From Clostridiales bacterium (GTDB lineage Bacteria; Bacillota; Clostridia; Oscillospirales; Oscillospiraceae), in assembly GCA_021205455.1 (NCBI GenBank), contig JAJPXL010000089.1, positions 68,570 to 132,569 on the forward strand: 64,000 bases of DNA, written 5' to 3'. The notes under the pieces were generated by a model. The model saw only the letters and a list, made by a program, of their open reading frames with translations. It searched no databases and was not told the DNA's origin. Shown in pieces: positions 28,646 through 37,438 of this stretch. Position 1 is the stretch's first letter. Every line of letters begins with the position of its first letter. The position numbers and the translations under genes were made by a program.

Positions 28646-30420
28646 ACGAAGCCCGCACACTGCTGGGCCTGAACGATATCTGGGCCTTCCGGACGGCGGG
28701 GGCGGAGGACTACCCTCAGGCGTGGGTGGAGGCCCCCCTGGAGGACGCTCTAACCATGGCGGTACCTGCCTCCTATAACGACCAGAAGGACGACATCAAC
28801 CTCCGCGCTCATTACGGCTGGGCAGTATACCAGCGCGCCTTCACCGTTCCCCGTAATATCCTTGGGGAGCGCATTGTCCTCCGCTTCGGGGCCGTGACCC
28901 ACGCCGCCGAGGTGTATTTGAACGGCAAATGGCTGGGGAGCCACAAAGGCGGCTTTCTGCCCTTTGAGTTTGAGGTAAACGATGCCCTTGTGCAGGGAAC
29001 CAACCTGCTGGCTGTGGCGGTAGACAACCGGGTGAACTACTCCACCCTCCCCGTGGGCAACGAGAGCACCGTAGCCTTCTTTGGCTCGGACAACCCCGGG
29101 ATTCCCTCCATTGAGCTTGCCAAAACCCGCTGCAAGCCTGCCAACAAGCCCAACTTTGACTTCTTCAACTATGCGGGCATCATCCGCCCTGTGTACCTTT
29201 ACACCACCCCTAAAAGCTACATTCGGGACATCACCCTGGTACCTTCCATTGACGGGGCGGACGGCCTTGTGGACTACCGGGTGGATGCCGTCGGAGAAGG
29301 CGCATCCCATGTGACCATCCTGGATGAGGGGCGGCACATCGTGGCAGAAGGGGAGGGGAGCGAGGGCCAGTGCCGCATCCCCGACGTCACGCTGTGGCAG
29401 CCCGGCAAGGCTTACCTCTATACTGCCCGCGTCACCTTCGGGGAGGACGTGTATGAGCAGACCTTCGGCGTCCGCACCGTGGAAGTGTGGGGAACGCAGT
29501 TCCTCATCAACGGCCAGCCATTCTACTTCAAGGGCTTCGGCAAGCATGAGGACAGCTTCTTCCGCGGACGGGGAACGGATTCCTGCCTGAATGTGAAGGA
29601 CGTGTCCCTCATCCGCTGGCTGGGGGCCAACTCCTTCCGCACCAGCCACTACCCCTACGCCGAGGAGATGTACGACCTGTGCGACCGGGAGGGCATTGTC
29701 ATCATTGACGAGGTCCCCGCTGTGGGCATCAACGCCAGCGGCCTTGAGGACCCCTATCAGGTCATGCGCATCCACCAGCACCACCGGGACGTGCTGCGGG
29801 ACATGATAGACCGGGACAAAAACCACCCCTCAGTGGTCATGTGGTCCATCGCCAACGAGCCGGACACGGAGCATTTCCCACAGTCCGCCTATGACTACTT
29901 CCGTCCCCTCTATGAGCAGGCCCACGCCCAGGACCCGCAGAACCGGCCTGTCACCCTGGTCTGCTGCCAGAACAACTACGAGCGGGACATCATCACCCGC
30001 ACCATGGACGTGGTGTGCCTGAACCGGTATTACGGCTGGTACAACCTCAGCGGCGACCTGGATGCGGCCTGTGACGCCCTGAACACAGAGCTGAACTTCT
30101 GGGCGGAGCAGAACAAGCCTGTGATGTTCACCGAGTACGGCGCGGACACCTACCCCGGCATCCACAACACCAACGGCGAGATGTTCAGCGAGGAATATCA
30201 GGTGGACTATTACAGCCGGCTGAACGCGGAGCTGGACAAGCGCCCCTTCTTCATCGGGGAGCAGATTTGGAACTTCGCGGACTTCGCCACTATCCAGGGC
30301 CCCATGCGGGTAGATGGCAACAAGAAGGGCCTCCTGACCCGGGACCGCCGCCCCAAGCTGGCCGCCCACTATTTCCGGCGGCGTTGGACAGCCATCCCCG
30401 ATTTTGATTATAAGATGTAA
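28627..30420 (+). CDS. uidA: GH2 beta-glucuronidase
   Basis: Colinear with E. coli UidA: LNDIWAFR, IVLRFGAVTHAAEVYLNG, FDFFNYAGIIRPV, SFRTSHYPYAEEM, NHPSVVMWSIANEP, MFTEYGADT, WNFADF. There is a 19-nt overlap with the upstream gene. Confidence 0.9.
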   Translation: MLYPKLNEARTLLGLNDIWAFRTAGAEDYPQAWVEAPLEDALTMAVPASYNDQKDDINLRAHYGWAVYQRAFTVPRNILGERIVLRFGAVTHAAEVYLNGKWLGSHKGGFLPFEFEVNDALVQGTNLLAVAVDNRVNYSTLPVGNESTVAFFGSDNPGIPSIELAKTRCKPANKPNFDFFNYAGIIRPVYLYTTPKSYIRDITLVPSIDGADGLVDYRVDAVGEGASHVTILDEGRHIVAEGEGSEGQCRIPDVTLWQPGKAYLYTARVTFGEDVYEQTFGVRTVEVWGTQFLINGQPFYFKGFGKHEDSFFRGRGTDSCLNVKDVSLIRWLGANSFRTSHYPYAEEMYDLCDREGIVIIDEVPAVGINASGLEDPYQVMRIHQHHRDVLRDMIDRDKNHPSVVMWSIANEPDTEHFPQSAYDYFRPLYEQAHAQDPQNRPVTLVCCQNNYERDIITRTMDVVCLNRYYGWYNLSGDLDAACDALNTELNFWAEQNKPVMFTEYGADTYPGIHNTNGEMFSEEYQVDYYSRLNAELDKRPFFIGEQIWNFADFATIQGPMRVDGNKKGLLTRDRRPKLAAHYFRRRWTAIPDFDYKM

Positions 30421-30455
30421 AGTGGAATTGCCTGTCAAGCTCTATTCATAACGGA

Positions 30456-30513
30456 AAACAGGGGCCAGCCCGTCTCTTACCTGCCTGCGCAGAGAGAGGG
30501 CTGGCCCCTTTCA
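30456..30513. terminator. Bidirectional terminator between uidA and plsY
   Basis: AGGGGCCAGCCC (30460-30471) pairs with GGGCTGGCCCCT (30498-30509). An inner stem is present, and both flanks are T-rich. Confidence 0.6.
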
Positions 30514-30579
30514 GAGTGTATATACCAAAGAAGTCCATCCCCTGACATCCAGTAGATTGCCGGTTGCAATCCACCCCTG

Positions 30580-31209
30580 TCATGGATGCTCGTCCGGCTT
30601 TCTGTGGTTCCGCTTCTTCAGGAAAGTTGTCTTCGGCTCTGTTCCCGTTGGAATATTTTTCAGGCTCGGCATATGCCGCTGCAGCATGATGAGCGTCATT
30701 ACCACGGTAAGCATTCCAACCTCGTTCCCATAGAAACGAAAAGCCGGAATCAAAAAGGCGGCGGGAATGAGGACAGCGCCTATCGATAGATAGCGGCTGA
30801 CCAGAACGACAATTCCCCCAACCGCACACGCCAGCAGGCCATATCCAAAGGAAACGCTGACGAGGGCCGCACAAGTGCAAGAGACGCCTTTTCCGCCTTT
30901 GAAGTGGTGCCAGACAGGAAAGTTGTGACCTAGAATTGCCCCAAGTCCGGCATATGCGGCAGAGGTTGCGCCACCGTCCGGGAACAAAACCATGCGGCAG
31001 AGCAGGCAGGGGAGGAAGGTTTTGAGCAGATCCCCTGCCAGTACCAGTGCGCCGGATTTTGCCCCATCCTGCGCTGCGATGTTCGCCATACCCGGATTGC
31101 CGCTGCCTCTGTCAAAGGAGCTTTTCCCGGAAAATCTGCGTGAGACGAATTCCGCAGTCAGGAAATTGCCGAACGCATACCCAATCAGAAGGCTCCATAC
31201 CCTGAACAT
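30580..31209 (-). CDS. plsY: Glycerol-3-phosphate acyltransferase PlsY
   Basis: GSGNPGMANI and HNFPVWHHFKGGKGV motifs; polytopic, ~200 aa. Confidence 0.9.
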   Translation of the reverse strand: MFRVWSLLIGYAFGNFLTAEFVSRRFSGKSSFDRGSGNPGMANIAAQDGAKSGALVLAGDLLKTFLPCLLCRMVLFPDGGATSAAYAGLGAILGHNFPVWHHFKGGKGVSCTCAALVSVSFGYGLLACAVGGIVVLVSRYLSIGAVLIPAAFLIPAFRFYGNEVGMLTVVMTLIMLQRHMPSLKNIPTGTEPKTTFLKKRNHRKPDEHP

Positions 31210-31246
31210 CCAATCCCTCCATGCGTCCGTACTTTGTCCGGCTCCA

Positions 31247-31822
31247 TCATTTTGCGCGCACCACGCTGACGGTCACCGCAATCATCATCACGGCCACCAA
31301 CAGCAGCGGAATCATGCCATCTATATATCCTTTCACACTGTCCAGGTTATAATACAACAGATAACAAATCAGGCTGACAATCGCGGCAATGACGGTAATC
31401 GCAAGAAAGGCGATTGCCATGCCTCTGGAATACTGCCCCAGGGCGAAAAGCCCGCTTATCTCCAGGAACATCAGCACAGTCCAGCCCACGATGAGGAGCA
31501 GCTCTGTTGTGACCTGCCGTCTCAGGATAAGCGAGGACGCCGCCAGCAGAACCACATAGGCGATAATGCCGCCCATCACAATCGCAGTTCTGGAGAGCAA
31601 TCCGCCCTGCCCATCCGCGTCGCTGCCCTGGACGATTTCAACGATTGCCGCCCCCCCAAACAAAAGCGCCGGAATCAGAAGCCATCCGCTTTTCATTCCC
31701 CTGATCGCGCCTTCCGGCTTGAAGGCAATCAGCCACCACGCCAGATAGAACACGCAGCAGGCTACCAGCAGGAGGTTGCCCGTCAGCATCTGCCGGGTCT
31801 GCAAATTATACTGTGAAAACAT
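31247..31822 (-). CDS. Hypothetical 6-TM membrane protein
   Basis: 191 aa, almost entirely hydrophobic helices. Candidate promoter TTGTTT-17-TATAAT at 31873-31901 on the minus strand. No family was recognised. Confidence 0.6.
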   Translation of the reverse strand: MFSQYNLQTRQMLTGNLLLVACCVFYLAWWLIAFKPEGAIRGMKSGWLLIPALLFGGAAIVEIVQGSDADGQGGLLSRTAIVMGGIIAYVVLLAASSLILRRQVTTELLLIVGWTVLMFLEISGLFALGQYSRGMAIAFLAITVIAAIVSLICYLLYYNLDSVKGYIDGMIPLLLVAVMMIAVTVSVVRAK

Positions 31823-32020
31823 ATTAAATCATCTCCGTACACGCGGTTTTCCAGTATCCTATCCGTTCTTTTATTATAACAGTCTTGCTATGGCGAAACA
31901 AGGGCTACCTCGGCAATTTTCACGGGCATGGCCGTATTTGTCAAGACGATAGAGCACCTTTCATTTTTTCACCTCCTGTGTTATGATAGGAAAAACACGG
32001 AAGGGGAGTGCGCGTTTACA

Positions 32021-33010
32021 ATGGCAAAGGGACAGAATCAAAAACGGAAGGCGCTATATCTGGCGAAAATTTTCTTCGAGGAGACAGACGAGGGCCACGG
32101 CCTGACCGCAGGCGAACTGATTGCCAGGCTGCAACAGTATGACGTAAGTGTAGAGCGGAAAACGCTGTATCAGGATATTGAGGACCTGCGGCAGTTCGGC
32201 ATGGACATCGTCGCCATGCAGAGCGGGCGGACGCACACCTATCACCTGGTCTCCAGAACGTTTGAGCTGCCGGAGCTGAAGCTCCTGGTGGATGCTGTTC
32301 AGTCCTCCAAGTTCATCACGGAGCGGAAATCCAGGGAGCTGATTCGGAAGCTGGAGACGCTGTGCAGCGTCCATGACGGCAAGCAGCTCCAGCGCCAGGT
32401 GCTGATTACGGGCCGGGTCAAGACCATGAACGAGAGCATCTACTATAACGTGGACGACATTCACACCGCCATCAACGGGAACTGTCAGATTCGCTTTCAC
32501 TACTTCCAGTGGAACCTCCAAAGGGAGGAGGAGCTGCGCCGGGGCGGGGCCTGGTACTGCGTCAGCCCGTGGCACCTGCTGTGGGACGATGAAAATTACT
32601 ACATGATTGCCTACGAATCCGCCTCTGACACCATCAAGCACTACCGGGTGGACAAGATGCGGAACATCACCGTAACGGACGCCCCCAGGGAGGGGCAGGC
32701 AAAGCTGGCCGCCTTTGACCCGGCGGCCTATACGAAGCGGCTGTTTGGGATGTACGCGGGGGAGGCGACCCGCGTCACCCTGGAGTGCGAGAACCGAATG
32801 ATCGGCGTCCTGGTTGACCGCTTCGGGAAGGATTTTCCGCTGATTCAGAAGGATGAGGGCCACTTTATCGCCTATGTGGATGCGGCGGTCAGCGAGCAGT
32901 TCCTGGGCTGGGTCATCAGCCTGGGCAGCGGGGTGCAGGTGACAGCGCCGGAGGCCGTGGTGGAACGGATGCGGGAGGAGGTCCGGCGGCTGAACGAACA
33001 ATATCTGTGA
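32021..33010 (+). CDS. HTH + WYL domain transcriptional regulator
   Basis: N-terminal winged HTH (LTAGELIARLQQYDVSVERKTLYQDIEDL). The central WYL-type beta-rich domain reads WYCVSPWHLLWDDENYYMIAY. The start was chosen at MAKGQNQ. Confidence 0.75.
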   Translation: MAKGQNQKRKALYLAKIFFEETDEGHGLTAGELIARLQQYDVSVERKTLYQDIEDLRQFGMDIVAMQSGRTHTYHLVSRTFELPELKLLVDAVQSSKFITERKSRELIRKLETLCSVHDGKQLQRQVLITGRVKTMNESIYYNVDDIHTAINGNCQIRFHYFQWNLQREEELRRGGAWYCVSPWHLLWDDENYYMIAYESASDTIKHYRVDKMRNITVTDAPREGQAKLAAFDPAAYTKRLFGMYAGEATRVTLECENRMIGVLVDRFGKDFPLIQKDEGHFIAYVDAAVSEQFLGWVISLGSGVQVTAPEAVVERMREEVRRLNEQYL

Positions 33011-33050
33011 CAGGGGCTGCCGCAAAGCGTTCTCTTCTTAAAAACGTTCA

Positions 33051-33092
33051 AAAACGGGTGGATTGCCGTATAACTGGCAATCCACCCGTTTT
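33051..33092. terminator. Bidirectional terminator between the WYL and LysR genes
   Basis: Perfect 17-bp stem AAAACGGGTGGATTGCC / GGCAATCCACCCGTTTT with an 8-nt loop. Confidence 0.8.
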
Positions 33093-33106
33093 GCGTTTGC
33101 AGCGCT

Positions 33107-33970
33107 TCAAACCATCTCCCGCAGCTTGTCCAGGAACTTCTGCCCGGCCTTGGTGAAGAGTTGATACTTCTTCCAGACGACGTGCATCTCAATCTCCGGC
33201 TGCCCCTCCAGGGGACGGAAGCACAGGGGGCTTTTGCCGGAGACGTTGATGATGTTGTCAAAGCAGATGGCATAGCCCATCCCTTCCTCCACCATGATGG
33301 AGCCGTTGAACAACAGGTTATAAGTGGCGACAATCTGCTGCCCATCCATATCGCGGGGCAGGTCGCCTTCCCCGTGGCGTTGGCGGGACACGATAAGGGG
33401 CTTTCCCGCCAGGTCTTCCGGGGTGATGACGTTCTTCTTCGCCAGGGGATCATCCCGCCGCATCAGGACGCCATAGCGCTCCGTATACGGCACCTTCAGG
33501 CATTCGTATTTGGAAGTGTCGATTTCCCCGAACAAAATACCGAAATCCAGCAGCCCTTTGTCCAAATCCTCCATCACGGTCATGCGGTCGCCGCTGATAT
33601 TGTGAAAATGCACCAGGGGATACTCCTCCTGTAGCGCCTTCGCTGCTTTCACCAGGAAACGGATCCCCTCGGACTCTCCTGCGCCGATATGGATGTCTCC
33701 GGCAATCACATCGTCGGAGAGGGAAATTTCGTCCTTCGTCCGGCTCACAAGGTCGAGAATTTCCTCCGCCCGCTTTCGGAGCAGCATGCCCTCCTCAGTC
33801 AGCGTGATTTTTCGGTTGCTGCGGATAAAGAGCTGCTTCCCCAGCTCCTCCTCCATCTCACGCAGCTGCCGGGACAGAGTCGGCTGCGTCAAATGCAGCA
33901 CCTCCGCAGCGCCGGAGATGCTCTGCTCTCTGGCCACCGCTAAAAAATAGCGCAAAACGCGAAGCTCCAT
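33107..33970 (-). CDS. LysR-family transcriptional regulator
   Basis: MELRVLRYFLAVAREQSISGAAEVLHLTQPTLSRQL HTH followed by a LysR substrate-binding domain. Divergent from the GH3 paralog. Confidence 0.9.
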   Translation of the reverse strand: MELRVLRYFLAVAREQSISGAAEVLHLTQPTLSRQLREMEEELGKQLFIRSNRKITLTEEGMLLRKRAEEILDLVSRTKDEISLSDDVIAGDIHIGAGESEGIRFLVKAAKALQEEYPLVHFHNISGDRMTVMEDLDKGLLDFGILFGEIDTSKYECLKVPYTERYGVLMRRDDPLAKKNVITPEDLAGKPLIVSRQRHGEGDLPRDMDGQQIVATYNLLFNGSIMVEEGMGYAICFDNIINVSGKSPLCFRPLEGQPEIEMHVVWKKYQLFTKAGQKFLDKLREMV

Positions 33971-34142
33971 TCGGATTCCTCCTTCCAGTTGTGCTCTTAT
34001 TATAGCAGTTTCTTCCATGCTTGTAAAGCATGGAAGTCTATCCAATCAAAGTATTTGATATTTAGCCTTGGATGAGATACAATCATCTCAGTTGAATTGA
34101 TGCGCATGATTCACAAAAAAGAAACTGGGAGGCACAAAAATT

Positions 34143-37100
34143 ATGATACAACTTCTCATCAACCTGTTGACCCCCATTTTTACCAGCATGGGCGTCAGCG
34201 AGAGTGACGTAGAGTACTACGCAAATTCCCTGAGCGGTTACGTTTATGCAATCGTGATTCTGTTAGTAGTAGCCATCGCGGTGATGGTGGCGGCCCACTG
34301 GTTCGTCAAAAAGGGGACCCGCCATGTGGTGCGCTGGTCCGCTGGCATGGCCTGGGTTCTCTGTGTGACCATCATCGCCAACGTGATTTGCTTCGGCCCC
34401 ATGTACAACAACATCGCGCCCATCCTGAACGGTCAGGGTTCCGTGTCCGAGGAATCGGTGGCCGCCTCCAAGGAAATCATCCAGGAGACCGGCGAGGAGG
34501 GCATGGTGCTGGTCAAGAATGACGGCGTCCTGCCCCTGACTGACACCACCAACCTGAACGTGTTCGGCTGGGCTTCCACCAACCCCATCTACGGCGGCAC
34601 CGGCTCCGGCTCCTCGGACAGCTCGGACGCCATTGACATCCTGACCTCTCTGGAAGACGCCGGGTTTACGGTGAACCAGAGCCTGGTGGATATGTACACC
34701 GAATACAGCCCCACCCGGAATCTGGGCGGCAACGTGACCAGCGTGAGCTACACCGACTGGTCGCTGCCGGAACCCACCATCGACTACTACACCGATGAAC
34801 TGATGGACGAGGCGAAGGAGTTCTCTGACACCGCCCTCATCGTCATCTCCCGCTCCGGCGGCGAGGGCCAGGACGTGCCCCGCGACATGAATGCTGTTAT
34901 CAACGGCACCTATGACATCCGGGACGAAGTGGCCAACGGCAACAGCAACTATAACTACTTCGCCTGCAACTACACCAACAACGGCGACTATGACGACTTC
35001 GACGAGGGCGAGCACTATCTCCAGCTGTCCAACACCGAGGAGGCCATGATCGACCTGGTCTGCTCTGAGTTTGACAACGTCATCGTGGTCATCAACGCCA
35101 ACAACACCATGGAGCTGGGCTGGGTAGACGAGTATGACTCCATCGGGGCGGTCATCCTGGCCCCCGGCACCGGCGCCACCGGCATGGAGGCCCTGGGCGA
35201 GATCCTGAGCGGCGCCGTGAATCCCTCTGGCCGGACAGCGGACACATTCATCTATGACCTGACCGACAGCCCCAGCTACAACAACTCCGGCAGCTTCACC
35301 TACTCCAACGTGGAGGACCTTCAGGCAGCCCTCACCGAGGCGGATTCCGCTTATCAGGGCGTGATTGCCTTCGTGGACTATGTGGAGAACATCTATGTAG
35401 GCTATAAGTTCTACGAAACCGCCGCCGAGGAGGGCCTGATCGACTATGACGAGAAGGTGCAGTACTCCTTCGGCTATGGTCTGAGCTACACCACCTTTGA
35501 ACAGACGATGGAGAACTTCACCGATAACGGCGACACAGTTTCCTTCGACGTGACCGTCACCAACACTGGCACCGTGGCCGGTAAGGATGTGGTGGAGGTC
35601 TATTACACCCCGCCCTACACCAACGGCGGCATTGAGAAGGCCTCTGTCAACCTGATTGACTTTGAAAAGACGGAAACCCTGGAGCCGGGCGCTTCTCAGA
35701 CCATCTCCTTTGAGATTGCCAAGGAGGACATGGCATCCTATGATTCCGGCTGCCTGAAAACCGAGAATGGCGGCTATGTGCTGGAGGCAGGGGACTACAC
35801 CGTCTCCATCCGCTCCGACTCCCACACCGTCCTGGACGAGGCCACCTTCAACGTAGCTTCCGACATTGACTACAGCGTGACGGGGCGCTCCTCTGACAAC
35901 ACCGCCGCCACCAACCAGTTCCAGGACTACTCCACCGGCAGCGTGACCTACCTCTCCCGCGAGAACGGCTTTGCCAACTATGACGAGGCCACCGCAGCCC
36001 CTGATGAGTCGGAATACCAGATGGACGATGAGACCCGTGAGGAGGTCACCGCTCACACCGTGGCCTACTACGACTCCACCCTGTACGATGACGACAGCGA
36101 CGAAATGCCCACCACCGGGGCGGACAACGGCCTGACCCTGGCGGATATGATGGGGCTGGATTATGACGACCCCCTGTGGGACGACCTGCTGGATCAGCTC
36201 ACCGTGGACGACATGATCAACATGGTGAACCTGGGCGGCTTCCAGACCGTAGCGGCAGACTCCATCGGCAAGGTTGGCACCCTGGACTCTGACGGCACCT
36301 CCGGCCTGAACGACTGGTACATCGGCGTGTACGGCACCGCCTATTCCACTGAACTGCTGATTGCCCAGACCTGGAACAAGGACCTGGCCTATCGCATCGG
36401 CGTGGCCGAGGGCGCAGAGTATGCCGACTGCGGCATCTACGGCACCTACTCTCCCGCCATGAACACCCATCGCTCCGCCTTCTGCGGCCGGAACTTTGAG
36501 TATTACTCCGAGGACGGCGTGCTGGCCGGTTACATGGCGGCCAACACGGTGAACGGCCTGGCCGAACAGGGTGTGTACGCCTACATCAAGCACTTCGTCA
36601 TGAACGACCAGGAGACCAACCGCTGCTCCCTGCTCCTGACCTACTCCGACGAGCAGGCCATCCGGGAGATTTACCTGAAGCCCTTTGAGATTTGCGTGAA
36701 GAACTGTGAAACGGGCACCTACGCCGTCATGTCCTCCTTCAACTTCATCGGCTACAAGTGGTGCGGCGCCAACAGCAACCTGCTGAACACGGTCCTCCGG
36801 GACGAGTGGGGCTTCCGGGGCATGGTGCTGACCGACTGGAACGGCTCCTACGGCTACCAGAACACGGATGACGCCGTCCGCAACGGCAACGACGCCATGC
36901 TGGGTTTCTTCTCCTACGAGTCCAACCAAATCACCAACACCTCCGCCACCCTGGTCACGGCCATGCGGCAGGCGTGCAAGAACATCTGCTACACCGTGGT
37001 CAACAGCGGCAATTACACCCTCGCGGAGGAGGAGACGGGTCTGGACAACATGACCACCCTGTTCCTCGGCATCGACATCGGGATTGCAGTGGTCCTGCTG

Positions 37101-37157
37101 GCCGTGGAAGGCGTTGTCCTGATTCGGTACTTCAAGAAGCGCAAGGCGGCCAAGTAA
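34143..37157 (+). CDS. Glycoside hydrolase family 3 paralog, membrane anchored, permuted domain order
   Basis: GGGAGG RBS. Same motif order as 2175-5123: MVLVKNDGVLPL, SFGYGLSYTTFE, VTNTGTVAGKDVVEVYY, KHFVMNDQE, FRGMVLTDW. N-terminal TM helices and a C-terminal TM helix with a basic tail. Confidence 0.85.
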   Translation: MIQLLINLLTPIFTSMGVSESDVEYYANSLSGYVYAIVILLVVAIAVMVAAHWFVKKGTRHVVRWSAGMAWVLCVTIIANVICFGPMYNNIAPILNGQGSVSEESVAASKEIIQETGEEGMVLVKNDGVLPLTDTTNLNVFGWASTNPIYGGTGSGSSDSSDAIDILTSLEDAGFTVNQSLVDMYTEYSPTRNLGGNVTSVSYTDWSLPEPTIDYYTDELMDEAKEFSDTALIVISRSGGEGQDVPRDMNAVINGTYDIRDEVANGNSNYNYFACNYTNNGDYDDFDEGEHYLQLSNTEEAMIDLVCSEFDNVIVVINANNTMELGWVDEYDSIGAVILAPGTGATGMEALGEILSGAVNPSGRTADTFIYDLTDSPSYNNSGSFTYSNVEDLQAALTEADSAYQGVIAFVDYVENIYVGYKFYETAAEEGLIDYDEKVQYSFGYGLSYTTFEQTMENFTDNGDTVSFDVTVTNTGTVAGKDVVEVYYTPPYTNGGIEKASVNLIDFEKTETLEPGASQTISFEIAKEDMASYDSGCLKTENGGYVLEAGDYTVSIRSDSHTVLDEATFNVASDIDYSVTGRSSDNTAATNQFQDYSTGSVTYLSRENGFANYDEATAAPDESEYQMDDETREEVTAHTVAYYDSTLYDDDSDEMPTTGADNGLTLADMMGLDYDDPLWDDLLDQLTVDDMINMVNLGGFQTVAADSIGKVGTLDSDGTSGLNDWYIGVYGTAYSTELLIAQTWNKDLAYRIGVAEGAEYADCGIYGTYSPAMNTHRSAFCGRNFEYYSEDGVLAGYMAANTVNGLAEQGVYAYIKHFVMNDQETNRCSLLLTYSDEQAIREIYLKPFEICVKNCETGTYAVMSSFNFIGYKWCGANSNLLNTVLRDEWGFRGMVLTDWNGSYGYQNTDDAVRNGNDAMLGFFSYESNQITNTSATLVTAMRQACKNICYTVVNSGNYTLAEEETGLDNMTTLFLGIDIGIAVVLLAVEGVVLIRYFKKRKAAK

Positions 37158-37295
37158 CGCAGCTTCCCCTCTGATTGAGTTTCCCGCCATCGGGGCCATG
37201 CTTCCTCAGAGGCCCCACGCAAGCAATGCCCGGCACGCCCTTCCTCCTGCCGCTTCCCAAAGGGGGAAGGCGCGCGTCCCAGGGTATTTCCTCCT

Positions 37296-37345
37296 GAGCC
37301 TGGAGACAGTGATGGCACTTCGTCTCCAGGCTCGTATCATTTTGT
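37296..37345 (+). terminator. Terminator after the GH3 paralog
   Basis: GAGCCTGGAGAC / GTCTCCAGGCTC 12-bp stem, followed by GTATCATTTTG. Confidence 0.65.
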
Positions 37346-37371
37346 CCGCGCCGCTGCCTGGAAAGATAGCA

Positions 37372-37413
37372 TAAAACAAACCGGTTCTGTCCGAAAACAG
37401 AACCGGGTTTTTG
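37372..37413 (-). terminator. Terminator after pfk (bidirectional shape)
   Basis: AACCGGTTCTGT / ACAGAACCGGGTT stem (one bulge), with T-runs on both strands. Confidence 0.7.
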
Positions 37414-37438
37414 ATACTGTGCTGTTATGCCGCTGGCA

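Noticed and set aside
31928-33010. The WYL regulator as a marker of a defence island.
   Set aside because: No nuclease, helicase, methyltransferase, Cas, CBASS or BREX-type genes lie within reach. It is bounded by a terminator on one side and by a small membrane protein plus plsY on the other.
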